In this document: positions 9,242 to 17,748 of the stretch, in pieces
Numbering within the stretch: the stretch's first letter is position 1
Layout: every line of letters starts with the position of its first letter
Assembly (NCBI GenBank): GCA_963677455.1
Contig: OY781971.1
Location: forward strand, 5,889,180 to 5,953,179
Length of the DNA stretch: 64,000 nt
Direction: 5' to 3'
DNA from: an uncultured Draconibacterium sp.
GTDB lineage: Bacteria > Bacteroidota > Bacteroidia > Bacteroidales > Prolixibacteraceae
Position numbers and translations under genes: made by a program
The notes under the pieces: model-generated
What the model was told of the DNA's origin: nothing
Database searches by the model: none
The model's input: only the letters and a program-made list of their open reading frames with translations

Positions 9242-10480
9242 TTACCTTGAGGGATTTGTCTGACCAGGAGGCATGGAAATGGGGTAATTCTTCCAACCAC
9301 TAAACTCAGCTCCCTGAGGAACAACAACAGCTTGGAAATGAGCAACCATCGGATAATAAGAATTCAAGTCCTCTATTTCCTTTCCATGTCCCCATCGATC
9401 GTCAATAATATTGAATTCCTCGTCCCATATTACTACCAGCATCCTATACATTGGTTTTGTCCAATCAATTGGGTCTTCATCCTGACAATCTTGTTCCCAA
9501 AATGTTGCGATTTCCTGAGATGTCTGATAGATTCCAGGTTCTATTATTTTTAGTAGCCGGTTATCCGGGAATTTCTCTTTGAAATAGTGCCCTCCACAGC
9601 CACCCTCCCATTGAAACCCCATTTGATAATGAATAGGTTTGTGATTGGGTTTGGTTAGAATTGAAACGCGATAATGCAGGGTTCCATCTTTGTAATTCAC
9701 CGGACTTTCCCAATTTTTCGGGGACTCAGGAGGAAGTTTGAATTCAGAAAACCCCATTTTTTTAGTAATGGTATCAGAATTCTCGTGTACTATCACTTCA
9801 TCTATTAGTAATACTTCATTGTTTTGATTTGTGGCTTTGTTTTCTGAGCTGTCAAAAATACTTATTGTGTCCACGTCCCAGCTTTCAGGCGGGCACCAAT
9901 TTGGAGGTGGTATCAGTTTCTTGTGTGGTGCTACCCAAATTCCTGTAGCCCTATAAACAATTGGGGTATGATCAGCTATGTTTCCTCCTTTAAAACAGTG
10001 AGACCAGCAGTTAACAGTGTAAAGTTGTTCGTTTATGTTACCTGTCCACGGTACAAGTGCTATTTTATCAAAAGGTCGGCTCCAATCAGGGATTAAATAT
10101 TTTCCATGCCACCACTCACTTGGGTTTTTATAATCAAGATAATAAATACCTTCTTGATTATAATCAGCTACATTGGTACGATTTACACCCATGTGCCTTA
10201 ATTCAGGATTTTTATCTTGCCAAATAAAAAATGCCGGACGAAAGTTAATGTCACTGGGTTTTTCAATGATCTCCAACCTCATATATAAATTTCCTTTTGT
10301 ATAATCTACGGGAGACTGAAGGTTTTCTGGTCCCATTCTTTTCAGAGCCGGAATGCCGGTTGAATCTTGCACCAATACATCATCGAAAAAAATAAACTGA
10401 TCAGATGTATTTACTTCTTGTGCATTGAGGCATCCAGCAACTAGCAGGAATGAGATTACCAATAAAATATTTTGTTTCAT
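9242..10480 (-). CDS. Secreted hypothetical protein with two tandem homologous domains
   Basis: Signal peptide ending CLNA; the halves share SPVDYTKGNLYMRLEIIEKP and SPVNYKDGTLHYRVSILTKP. Confidence 0.8.
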   Translation of the reverse strand: MKQNILLVISFLLVAGCLNAQEVNTSDQFIFFDDVLVQDSTGIPALKRMGPENLQSPVDYTKGNLYMRLEIIEKPSDINFRPAFFIWQDKNPELRHMGVNRTNVADYNQEGIYYLDYKNPSEWWHGKYLIPDWSRPFDKIALVPWTGNINEQLYTVNCWSHCFKGGNIADHTPIVYRATGIWVAPHKKLIPPPNWCPPESWDVDTISIFDSSENKATNQNNEVLLIDEVIVHENSDTITKKMGFSEFKLPPESPKNWESPVNYKDGTLHYRVSILTKPNHKPIHYQMGFQWEGGCGGHYFKEKFPDNRLLKIIEPGIYQTSQEIATFWEQDCQDEDPIDWTKPMYRMLVVIWDEEFNIIDDRWGHGKEIEDLNSYYPMVAHFQAVVVPQGAEFSGWKNYPISMPPGQTNPSR

Positions 10481-10699
10481 TGTGTAGATTTTAAATGAAT
10501 TACAACGTTTTGGCTATATGGAATGCGCGGCTTTGAAATGCTTCACTGTCAGGCTATCATTGAGCCAATTTATTTGTTGATATTTTTTGTTCTTTTACGT
10601 CAATCCGCAGGCTAATTCATGTCGTTATAACTAAGAATTGCTGCTTAGCTACCTACAACACTTCTCAATACAGATAACTTTTGTTAGCAATTGACATTT

Positions 10700-11350
10700 T
10701 TTATTCGAAAACAATCTTTAATTATTCCTCTTTGAGATTGTTTGATAAAACTAAGTATTTTATCTCTTTCAAGCGTCTGTTTGAAGTTATTTTCTATAAA
10801 TTCAATGGCATAGGACGTGTTCCGTTTCTGCTAAAAAAATAATTTTGTAAATTTATTTTAACTCATCTAGCTTTGATCGCTCAAACCCACTCCGTCTCAA
10901 ACCTACAACATTTATTCCTTCAAATGAAAGTGGTTCTCTGGCAGCTATGATATAGGGAAGAATGCCTTTTACAATTTTACTTAACCCTCCAGCCATGCAA
11001 TGTTCTCCTATCCTAGTAAATTGGTGGATTCCAGTTAGCCCGCTAATGTTTGCATAGTCATTAACGACAACTTCCCCTGCCATGTCAACGCCAAATCCAA
11101 TAAAACAACTATTACAGATTTCACAATCATGGCCAATATGAGCGTTCCCCATTATTAGGTTATTGTTTCCAATTTTGGTTGTTTTCTTTGAGTTAGTTCC
11201 TTTGTTTATTATTACGGATTCCCTGATTATATTCCGGTTGCCTATTTCTAATGCTGTGTATTCTCCTTTGTATTTTAAGCCTTGTGGAACACCTGATAGA
11301 ACAGTACCTGAATGTATATGGCAGTTTTGCCCAATTTTCAAACTGATTGT
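10700..11350 (-). pseudogene. lpxA: lpxA (UDP-GlcNAc acyltransferase) pseudogene
   Basis: Hexapeptide repeats, HIGHDC, IHQF, GINVVGLRRSGF. N-terminus missing (in-frame TAG three codons upstream of the TTG). Premature TAA at 10855-10853 is followed by IYKIIF, then frameshifted RNTSYAIEFIE...ERDKILSFIK and SQRGIIK. Confidence 0.85.
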
Positions 11351-11370
11351 CTAGATGTTGACTAAAAACA

Positions 11371-11401
11371 AAAAGAGCAACCTTATTCAGATTGCTCTTT
11401 T
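11371..11401. terminator. Terminator hairpin 3' of tRNA-Cys
   Basis: AAAAGAGCAA...TTGCTCTTTT inverted repeat. Confidence 0.65.
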
Positions 11402-11407
11402 TCCCTG

Positions 11408-11478
11408 AGGTTCCTGGCGGAGTCGAACCGCCGTACACGGTTTTGCAGACCGCTGCCTAGCCACTCGGCCAAGGAACC
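11408..11478 (-). tRNA. tRNA-Cys (GCA)
   Basis: GGTTCCT acceptor stem, anticodon loop CTGCAAA, T-loop TTCGACT, U discriminator; CCA not encoded; TATTTTTG -7 box at 11503-11496. Confidence 0.97.
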
Positions 11479-11950
11479 ATTTACGTTTCGGTCTGCAAAA
11501 ATATAAAATTTTATAGTTCCTGCAACAGGAAAATCAATTGTATTATTTTCGGAGCTTTTGCCAGTGTGCATTTACATGTTTTGCACCCGATTCTGCCGTC
11601 TGTATTTCCTGAACGGTTTTGGGATTTTTCCCTTCCTGCAGTTCTCTTTTCCGCCCGCCGAAACACTTGTCGCGGCAGCCTCCCTCGTTTAAATTATTCG
11701 TACCTAAAAACATCGCTAAAAAGTTATATGGTTTTGCTTTCGAAAATACGAATAAAAAGTTTGAAAAATTTGACAATTGTCAGGATTGTACTGGTAGTTA
11801 AATATTTGATAACATCTTTTTGGGATTGTAAAAACAAATCGATGAAGATTAAAAAAGAGATTGAGGGAAGGTTGAAGATGATTGTGAAATTGCGAAACTG
11901 GTAAATTGAAATTTGATTATCCGTTCTATGGCATAACTAATATTTAGCAC

Positions 11951-12033
11951 GTCATGCTGAACTTGTTTCAGCATCTCTCGCATCTAATAATCAGTTATTT
12001 GTAAGAAAGACCCTAACCCAAATTCAGGGTGAC
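11951..12033. repeat. Inverted pair of REP-like palindromes
   Basis: GTCATGCTGAACTTGTTTCAGCATC (11951-11975) and a related copy on the minus strand GTCACCCTGAATTTGGGTTAGGGTC (12033-12009). Confidence 0.65.
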
Positions 12034-12161
12034 GTTCTGGTTGTGACTAATTGCGGACATTCAAAAATTAAAAAGTTTTAATCGAAGCATTCATTTGGAA
12101 TCCGGACAAAGTAAAAAACATTTTTTAAGTCCTTTGTCTGAGCCTTCGCCTGTTCCTTAGG

Positions 12162-12512
12162 CTATCTTTCCAACGTAACGCTCACTTTTTCAATTTCACC
12201 ACCCATTGGCGGATTCATTTTTGAAATTTTTAAGCGGGCTTTTTCAATGGCAGGAAATTCGGTGTACAAAGCATCAAGAATTCTTTCGGCAACATTTTCG
12301 AGCAGTGCCGATTTTATTTGCATTTGCTTTTGTAAGCATTCGTAAACAGCCTGGTAATTCAGGGCATCGTCGAGATTATCACTTTGGGCGGCTTTGCTGC
12401 AATCGGTTTCTAAACGCACATATACTTCAAACGAATTACCAACCACCTGCTCGGCTTTAAAGTGACCGTGGTAGGCGTAAAACTTCATTCCTTCAATTTC
12501 AATAACTCCCAT
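12162..12512 (-). CDS. folB: Dihydroneopterin aldolase
   Basis: FYAYHG, LNYQAVY, LLENVAERI and KMNPP motifs; ATG at 12512 preferred. Confidence 0.95.
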   Translation of the reverse strand: MGVIEIEGMKFYAYHGHFKAEQVVGNSFEVYVRLETDCSKAAQSDNLDDALNYQAVYECLQKQMQIKSALLENVAERILDALYTEFPAIEKARLKISKMNPPMGGEIEKVSVTLER

Positions 12513-12625
12513 CTGATAATTAAAAAATAAGCACAAATGTAATAAATTGAGGCGGCGCTGACTGTTCTCACAAATCATTTTTTAATTTTGTGCCTTACTT
12601 TAAAGGGGTTAAAGCAAAAAAGAAC

Positions 12626-14332
12626 ATGACAGAACACAAAGAAAATACAAACGGCGAAACACCGAAGAAGTCGAATTTTATACACGTACAAATTGATGCC
12701 GACCTTGCAGCCGGTAAAAACAATGGGAGAGTGCATACGCGTTTTCCCCCGGAACCAAACGGATATTTGCACATTGGGCATGCCAAATCGATTTGTCTGA
12801 ATTTTGGACTGGCACAAAAGTACGGCGGTAAAACCAACCTTCGTTTCGACGATACCAACCCTTCGAAAGAGGAGACAGAGTATGTAGAGTCAATTATGGC
12901 AGATGTACGTTGGCTGGGATTCGAATGGGAAGGCAGCCCGTATTATGCCTCAGATTTCTTTCCGAAGTTGCATGCTTTTGCTATTCAGTTAATAAAAGAC
13001 GGCTTGGCTTATGTTGATGACCAAAATGCTGAGACAATAAGCAGCCAGAAAGGTACACCACAAAAACCGGGAACGGAAAGCCCTTTCCGTAACCGCACGG
13101 TTGAAGAGAACCTCGATCTTTTTGAACGGATGAGTGCGGGCGAGTTTAACGAAGGCGAAAAAGTGCTGCGTGCAAAAATTAATATGGCATCGCCAAACAT
13201 GCACATGCGCGACCCGATTATTTACCGGATTATGAAAGCGCACCACCACCGCACAGGCGATAAATGGTGTGTGTACCCGATGTACGATTTTGCACATGGA
13301 CAATGTGATTACTGGGAAGGTATTACACATTCTATTTGTACGCTGGAGTTTGAAGTGCATCGTCCGCTGTACGACTGGTTTATCGATCAGTTGAAAGATT
13401 CGGATTACCGTCCGCGCCAGATTGAGTTTGCTCGTTTGAACCTGACATATACAGTAATGAGCAAGCGTAAATTGCTCGAACTGGTAAAAGATAAACACGT
13501 AAACGGTTGGGACGATCCAAGGATGCCCACCATCTCCGGTTTACGCCGCAGAGGATATACCCCGGAATCGATCCGGAATTTCTCGGATAAAATAGGCGTT
13601 ACCAAAGTTGACGGAATGATCGATGTTTCGCTGCTTGAATTCAGCGTTCGTGAACACCTGAATAAAACAGCACAACGTGTAATGGGTGTACTCAATCCGC
13701 TAAAAGTGGTTATTACAAACTATCCGGATGGACAAACTGAAGAACTGGATGCCATAAATAACCCGGAAGACGAATCGATGGGAAAACGCAAAGTGCCATT
13801 TTCGAAAGAACTGTATATTGAGCGTGACGACTTTATGGAAGATCCGCCAAGGAAGTTTTTCCGTTTAGGGCCTGGCCGCGAAGTGCGTTTGCGCTATGCT
13901 TACTTTATTACTTGTAACGAGGTTGTAAAAGATGCTGATGGAAATATTACCGAGTTACTGTGTACCTACGATCCTGCTTCACGAGGTGGAAACTCGCCTG
14001 ATGGCCGGAAAGTGAAAGCTACATTGCATTGGGTTTCGGCCGAACATGCAGTAAAATCGGAAGTACGTTTGTACGACCGGTTGTTTAACGACGAAGATCC
14101 GTCGGGACACAAAGATGTGGATTTCAAAGAATTTATGAATCCTGATTCTTTAAAGGTTTTACCCGAATGTTATGTTGAGCCGTTCGTAAAAGATTCGAAC
14201 CCGCTTGACCATTTTCAATTTGAACGTTTGGGTTACTTCAACATGGATCCGGATTCAACCCCCGAAAAGCCTGTATTTAACCGAACAGTTCCATTGCGAG
14301 ATTCTTGGGCAAAAGCTCAAAACAAGAAATAA
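12626..14332 (+). CDS. glnS: Glutaminyl-tRNA synthetase
   Basis: [36 protein letters not shown]; ATG at 12626; TAATTTTG box at 12583-12590. Confidence 0.97.
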   Translation: MTEHKENTNGETPKKSNFIHVQIDADLAAGKNNGRVHTRFPPEPNGYLHIGHAKSICLNFGLAQKYGGKTNLRFDDTNPSKEETEYVESIMADVRWLGFEWEGSPYYASDFFPKLHAFAIQLIKDGLAYVDDQNAETISSQKGTPQKPGTESPFRNRTVEENLDLFERMSAGEFNEGEKVLRAKINMASPNMHMRDPIIYRIMKAHHHRTGDKWCVYPMYDFAHGQCDYWEGITHSICTLEFEVHRPLYDWFIDQLKDSDYRPRQIEFARLNLTYTVMSKRKLLELVKDKHVNGWDDPRMPTISGLRRRGYTPESIRNFSDKIGVTKVDGMIDVSLLEFSVREHLNKTAQRVMGVLNPLKVVITNYPDGQTEELDAINNPEDESMGKRKVPFSKELYIERDDFMEDPPRKFFRLGPGREVRLRYAYFITCNEVVKDADGNITELLCTYDPASRGGNSPDGRKVKATLHWVSAEHAVKSEVRLYDRLFNDEDPSGHKDVDFKEFMNPDSLKVLPECYVEPFVKDSNPLDHFQFERLGYFNMDPDSTPEKPVFNRTVPLRDSWAKAQNKK

Positions 14333-14335
14333 ACG

Positions 14336-14364
14336 AAAAGCGGGATTCATTCCCGCTTTTTTTT
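14336..14364 (+). terminator. glnS intrinsic terminator
   Basis: AAAAGCGGGA-TTCAT-TCCCGCTTTT plus T-run. Confidence 0.85.
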
Positions 14365-14410
14365 CATTTTTACCTCCGGCATCGGAAAAGTTCATGGAAT
14401 TATTAATCCT

Positions 14411-14477
14411 TTTACCGACACATAGCCTGCTTTAACCGAATGTTAACTCGTTTCCAGACCAGAGATCATTATATTTG
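14411..14477 (+). promoter_or_regulatory. LytTR-type direct-repeat promoter P1
   Basis: TTTACCGAC-N12-TTAACCGAA-N29-TATATTTG. Confidence 0.75.
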
Positions 14478-14502
14478 ATCTCATAATCTCAAAGTTAGGA
14501 TC

Positions 14503-14877
14503 ATGCAAAAAGTATCACAAGGAAATGACTCGAGAAAAGTTTTGGCCATCGTATTAATTGTGTTTGGCCTCTTGTTGATTTTGAAACGAAGCGGGTCGTT
14601 CTTTTTCAATCCGTTTTTGCATTTTGATGGTGCTTTTGCTCCCTTTAGAGTTGCTTTTCATAACCTGGGTCATGTTTTGTTTTCCTGGCCTTTTATTCTT
14701 ATCCTTGTCGGGCTGGTATTAATGGCCGGAAGACGTTCTGCAGGGCTGGTTTTACTTATCATCGGAGGAATATTTATAATTCCGAAACTGTTCTTTTTGA
14801 CCAGCGCAGCAATGTTGATTTTCTTTCCGATAATATTAATCGGATTAGGAATTGCACTGGTTGCTCGCTTTTTGTAG
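14503..14877 (+). CDS. Small LiaF/LiaI-like membrane protein (TM part only)
   Basis: Four hydrophobic segments; FSWPFILILVG motif also seen in the downstream LiaF-like protein. Confidence 0.72.
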   Translation: MQKVSQGNDSRKVLAIVLIVFGLLLILKRSGSFFFNPFLHFDGAFAPFRVAFHNLGHVLFSWPFILILVGLVLMAGRRSAGLVLLIIGGIFIIPKLFFLTSAAMLIFFPIILIGLGIALVARFL

Positions 14878-14885
14878 GCAACAAC

Positions 14886-14952
14886 TTAACCGACAATAAA
14901 TTGTTGTTTACCGAAATCGAATAAAACAAAATGGCGTTCAATTATAGCTTTG
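14886..14952 (+). promoter_or_regulatory. LytTR-type direct-repeat promoter P2
   Basis: TTAACCGAC-N12-TTTACCGAA-N29-TAGCTTTG; same geometry as P1. Confidence 0.75.
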
Positions 14953-14972
14953 AAACCGTAAAATCGTAAAAA

Positions 14973-15689
14973 ATGGAAAGACCGGATTCATCAAATAAGA
15001 GAGTATATTTTGGGCTGTTTTTAATAGCTATTGGTGCTCTGTGGATTTTAGAACGTCTAAATCTTATTCCTGAGTTTTGGAACGATATTTTTATATCGTG
15101 GCAAATGCTGCTAATTGGTATTGGTATTTTCTCTCTCATAGGTGGAAACAAAACATCAGGTACCGTTTTAATTGTAATTGGTGGCTTTTTTCTGTTGCCC
15201 GAAATCACGCACATTCCTTATGAATTAAGACGTATTGGATGGCCTTTGCTCATTATGGGAATTGGTGTGGTTTTATTGGTTACCCATGGTGGGCGACATA
15301 AAAAAGTAACGTCTCACTTTAATCCGGGGCCACAGCAGAGTCACGATTATTTTGATGATTTTGTAGCTTTTGGTGGCCGCGAAGTGTATGTGGATTCTCA
15401 GAATTTTATGGGAGGAAAAACAAGTTCGGTATTTGGAGGAACAGAATTTGATCTGCGACAGGCTAAGTTGTCTGAAAATGGAGCCGTAATCGACTGCCTG
15501 GCATTGTTTGGCGGATGTGGCTTTAAAGTTCCGCCCGACTGGACTGTAAAAAACGAGGTTACTGCTGTTTTTGGTGCTTTTACCGATAAACGAGGTTCTT
15601 CGTTGAACCATATCGTAACCGATCCTTCAAAGACACTTGTTATAAAAGGTTTTGCAGCCTTTGGAGGCGTTGAGATTAAATACATGTAA
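14973..15689 (+). CDS. LiaF-like protein (4 TM plus C-terminal DUF2154-like domain)
   Basis: ISWQMLLIGIG TM region; FGGREV, SVFGGTEFDLRQA, ALFGGCGFKVPPDW and FGGVEIK repeats. Confidence 0.85.
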   Translation: MERPDSSNKRVYFGLFLIAIGALWILERLNLIPEFWNDIFISWQMLLIGIGIFSLIGGNKTSGTVLIVIGGFFLLPEITHIPYELRRIGWPLLIMGIGVVLLVTHGGRHKKVTSHFNPGPQQSHDYFDDFVAFGGREVYVDSQNFMGGKTSSVFGGTEFDLRQAKLSENGAVIDCLALFGGCGFKVPPDWTVKNEVTAVFGAFTDKRGSSLNHIVTDPSKTLVIKGFAAFGGVEIKYM

Positions 15690-15690
15690 A

Positions 15691-16740
15691 ATGGATTTTC
15701 GCCACCCGTTTTTTTCTAGTTTAAGATTATTAATTGGCTACGGTGCATTCTGGATATTTGCATCTGTAGTGCTAATTTTTATCTCCACCGGAATTAACGA
15801 TGTTCCCGTAGGTGCTGCAATTACCGAAATTAGTACTTCAATGTTGCTGTATGCAGTAATTGGCTCGGCCATCTGGTATGTAATCAAGTACAGTACACTG
15901 GAGGATAACAGTGTTGTTCGCATTATCTCAGCACATCTTATTGCTGCCACTATTATTGTTCTTTTATGGATGTACATTGGCGCTGTATTAGTGAAACTAT
16001 TTCATCCCGGCATTGAAAAATGGCTCGACGAAACAGTAGTAATGCGACTTGTTGGCGGCTACATGATGTACATCGGGTTTGTAATTTTCTTTTATGCCGT
16101 AAATTATTATTTCGCATTTAAGGAGAAATCGAAAAACGAGATCAAGCTAAAAGCGCTGGTAAAAGAAGCCGAACTCCATGCACTGAAATCGCAAATCAAT
16201 CCGCACTTTCTATTTAATAGTCTGAACAGTATATCGTCGCTAACAATGAGCGATCCCGGACGTGCGCAGGAAATGGTAATCAACCTTTCGCAATTAATGC
16301 GTTATTCGTTAAAACACGATCAGGACGAGAAAGTATCGTTCGAACAGGAACTGGAAAATAATAAGTTGTACCTGGCTATCGAGAAGGTTCGTTTTGGGAA
16401 GAAACTGAACCCGGTTTTTGCAATAGAGCCAAGCTGTTTGAAAGCCAGAATTCCGAACATGATTTTGCAGCCTTTGTACGAAAATGCAATAAAATATGGG
16501 GTTTATGAGGCTACTGAACCGGTAGATGTAATAACGCATTGCCGTGCCTTTGATAATATGCTGGAAGTAACGATAAGCAATACTTACGATAAAGATGTGA
16601 TCAGCAAGAAAGGAGAGGGAATTGGCTTGCGAAACATCCGCGATCGCCTGCAGGTACTATACGGAAACCCGCACTTTCTGAAGATTGTAAACAAAGACAA
16701 TGAATTTACTGTAACTTTAACCATTCCTCAAAATCTGTAA
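15691..16740 (+). CDS. LytS/YehU-family sensor histidine kinase
   Basis: AELHALKSQINPHFLFNSLN, ILQPLYENAIKYG, GEGIGLRNI; four N-terminal TM segments; ATG at 15691. Confidence 0.94.
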   Translation: MDFRHPFFSSLRLLIGYGAFWIFASVVLIFISTGINDVPVGAAITEISTSMLLYAVIGSAIWYVIKYSTLEDNSVVRIISAHLIAATIIVLLWMYIGAVLVKLFHPGIEKWLDETVVMRLVGGYMMYIGFVIFFYAVNYYFAFKEKSKNEIKLKALVKEAELHALKSQINPHFLFNSLNSISSLTMSDPGRAQEMVINLSQLMRYSLKHDQDEKVSFEQELENNKLYLAIEKVRFGKKLNPVFAIEPSCLKARIPNMILQPLYENAIKYGVYEATEPVDVITHCRAFDNMLEVTISNTYDKDVISKKGEGIGLRNIRDRLQVLYGNPHFLKIVNKDNEFTVTLTIPQNL

Positions 16741-16743
16741 AAG

Positions 16744-17493
16744 ATGACCGAAAAACTACGTACCATTATTGTTGAAGATGAAGAACTGGCTCGTAACCTG
16801 ATGAAATCTTTTTTGGCAAAAATTGATGTTATCGATTTGATTGCCGAATGTGAGAATGGTTTCGAGGGGGTAAAGATGATTAATGAGTTAAAGCCCGATT
16901 TGGTGTTTTTGGATATTCAGATGCCAAAAATTACCGGTTTCGAAATGTTGGAGCTGCTCGAACATAAACCACAAATTATATTTGCAACAGCTTACGATCA
17001 GTACGCTTTAAAGGCTTTCGACTTTAACGCTGCCGACTACCTGCTGAAACCTTATTCGCAGGATCGTTTAAAAGAAGCGGTGGAAAAAGTTGTTGAGCGT
17101 ATTCAGGCTGAAGGTAAAGAGTCGGATGTTGCAGAAAAAATCAGCGATTTTCCGCGTGAAGAATACCTCGACAGAGTAGTGGTAAAAGACCGCAGCAAAA
17201 TACACATTGCGCCGGTAAGCGCTGTGCGTTACATCGAATCGATGGATGATTATGTTATGATTTACACTACAGAAGGGCGCTGGATGAAACAAAAAACGAT
17301 GAAGTATTTCGAGAGTGCTTTAGATCCTAAGAACTTTGTACGAATTCATCGGTCGTACATTGTTAAAGTTGATGAGATTGCCGAGATTCAACAATATGAG
17401 AAGGAATCGTATGTGGTTATTCTTCACGATAAAACAAAACTTAAAGTGAGTAAAACAGGCTACAAGAATTTAAAAGAGATACTTAGTTTTTAA
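16744..17493 (+). CDS. LytTR-family response regulator
   Basis: Receiver IIVEDEE...FLDIQMP...DYLLKP; LytTR FVRIHRSYIV...LKVSKTGY. Confidence 0.96.
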   Translation: MTEKLRTIIVEDEELARNLMKSFLAKIDVIDLIAECENGFEGVKMINELKPDLVFLDIQMPKITGFEMLELLEHKPQIIFATAYDQYALKAFDFNAADYLLKPYSQDRLKEAVEKVVERIQAEGKESDVAEKISDFPREEYLDRVVVKDRSKIHIAPVSAVRYIESMDDYVMIYTTEGRWMKQKTMKYFESALDPKNFVRIHRSYIVKVDEIAEIQQYEKESYVVILHDKTKLKVSKTGYKNLKEILSF

Positions 17494-17544
17494 GGTTTCT
17501 GCGAATCAAATTTCGATTAACAATTCATATAAACATATTTCTTT

Positions 17545-17571
17545 AAGCCCGGATTTTTATTCGGGCTTTTT
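17545..17571 (+). terminator. Terminator of the LytS/LytTR operon
   Basis: AAGCCCGGA...TTCGGGCTT plus T-run. Confidence 0.8.
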
Positions 17572-17748
17572 GTTTTTTTTATGAATGTGACATTTGTACT
17601 GTTATCTACACGAGATAATTATTATATTCAACGGTTTAATCAAACCTTAACCAATTTAAGAGCCCTGATTGTACTGTTACAGTTAACTGTTGTGGTAATA
17701 AACTTCGTAACTGCTGTGAAAGAAATCTGAATATAAATATTTTATCTT

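Larger units (their letters stand above)
9111..11362. mobile_element. Degenerate ~2.3-kb islet integrated at tRNA-Cys
   Basis: Bounded by the direct repeat; carries an orphan gene, attC-like remnants and an lpxA pseudogene; no integrase remains. Confidence 0.55.

Noticed and set aside
9136-9345. 69-aa ORF overlapping the 3' end of the islet gene
   Set aside because: Overlaps a longer same-strand gene in another frame and has no motif.
11543-11904. Short ORFs between tRNA-Cys and folB
   Set aside because: Three mutually overlapping frames with no recognisable motifs; cannot be supported as genes.
3371-14332. Functional link between stand-alone YqeY and GlnRS
   Set aside because: The genes are 9 kb apart in different operons; yqeY after ftsZ appears to be ordinary synteny.
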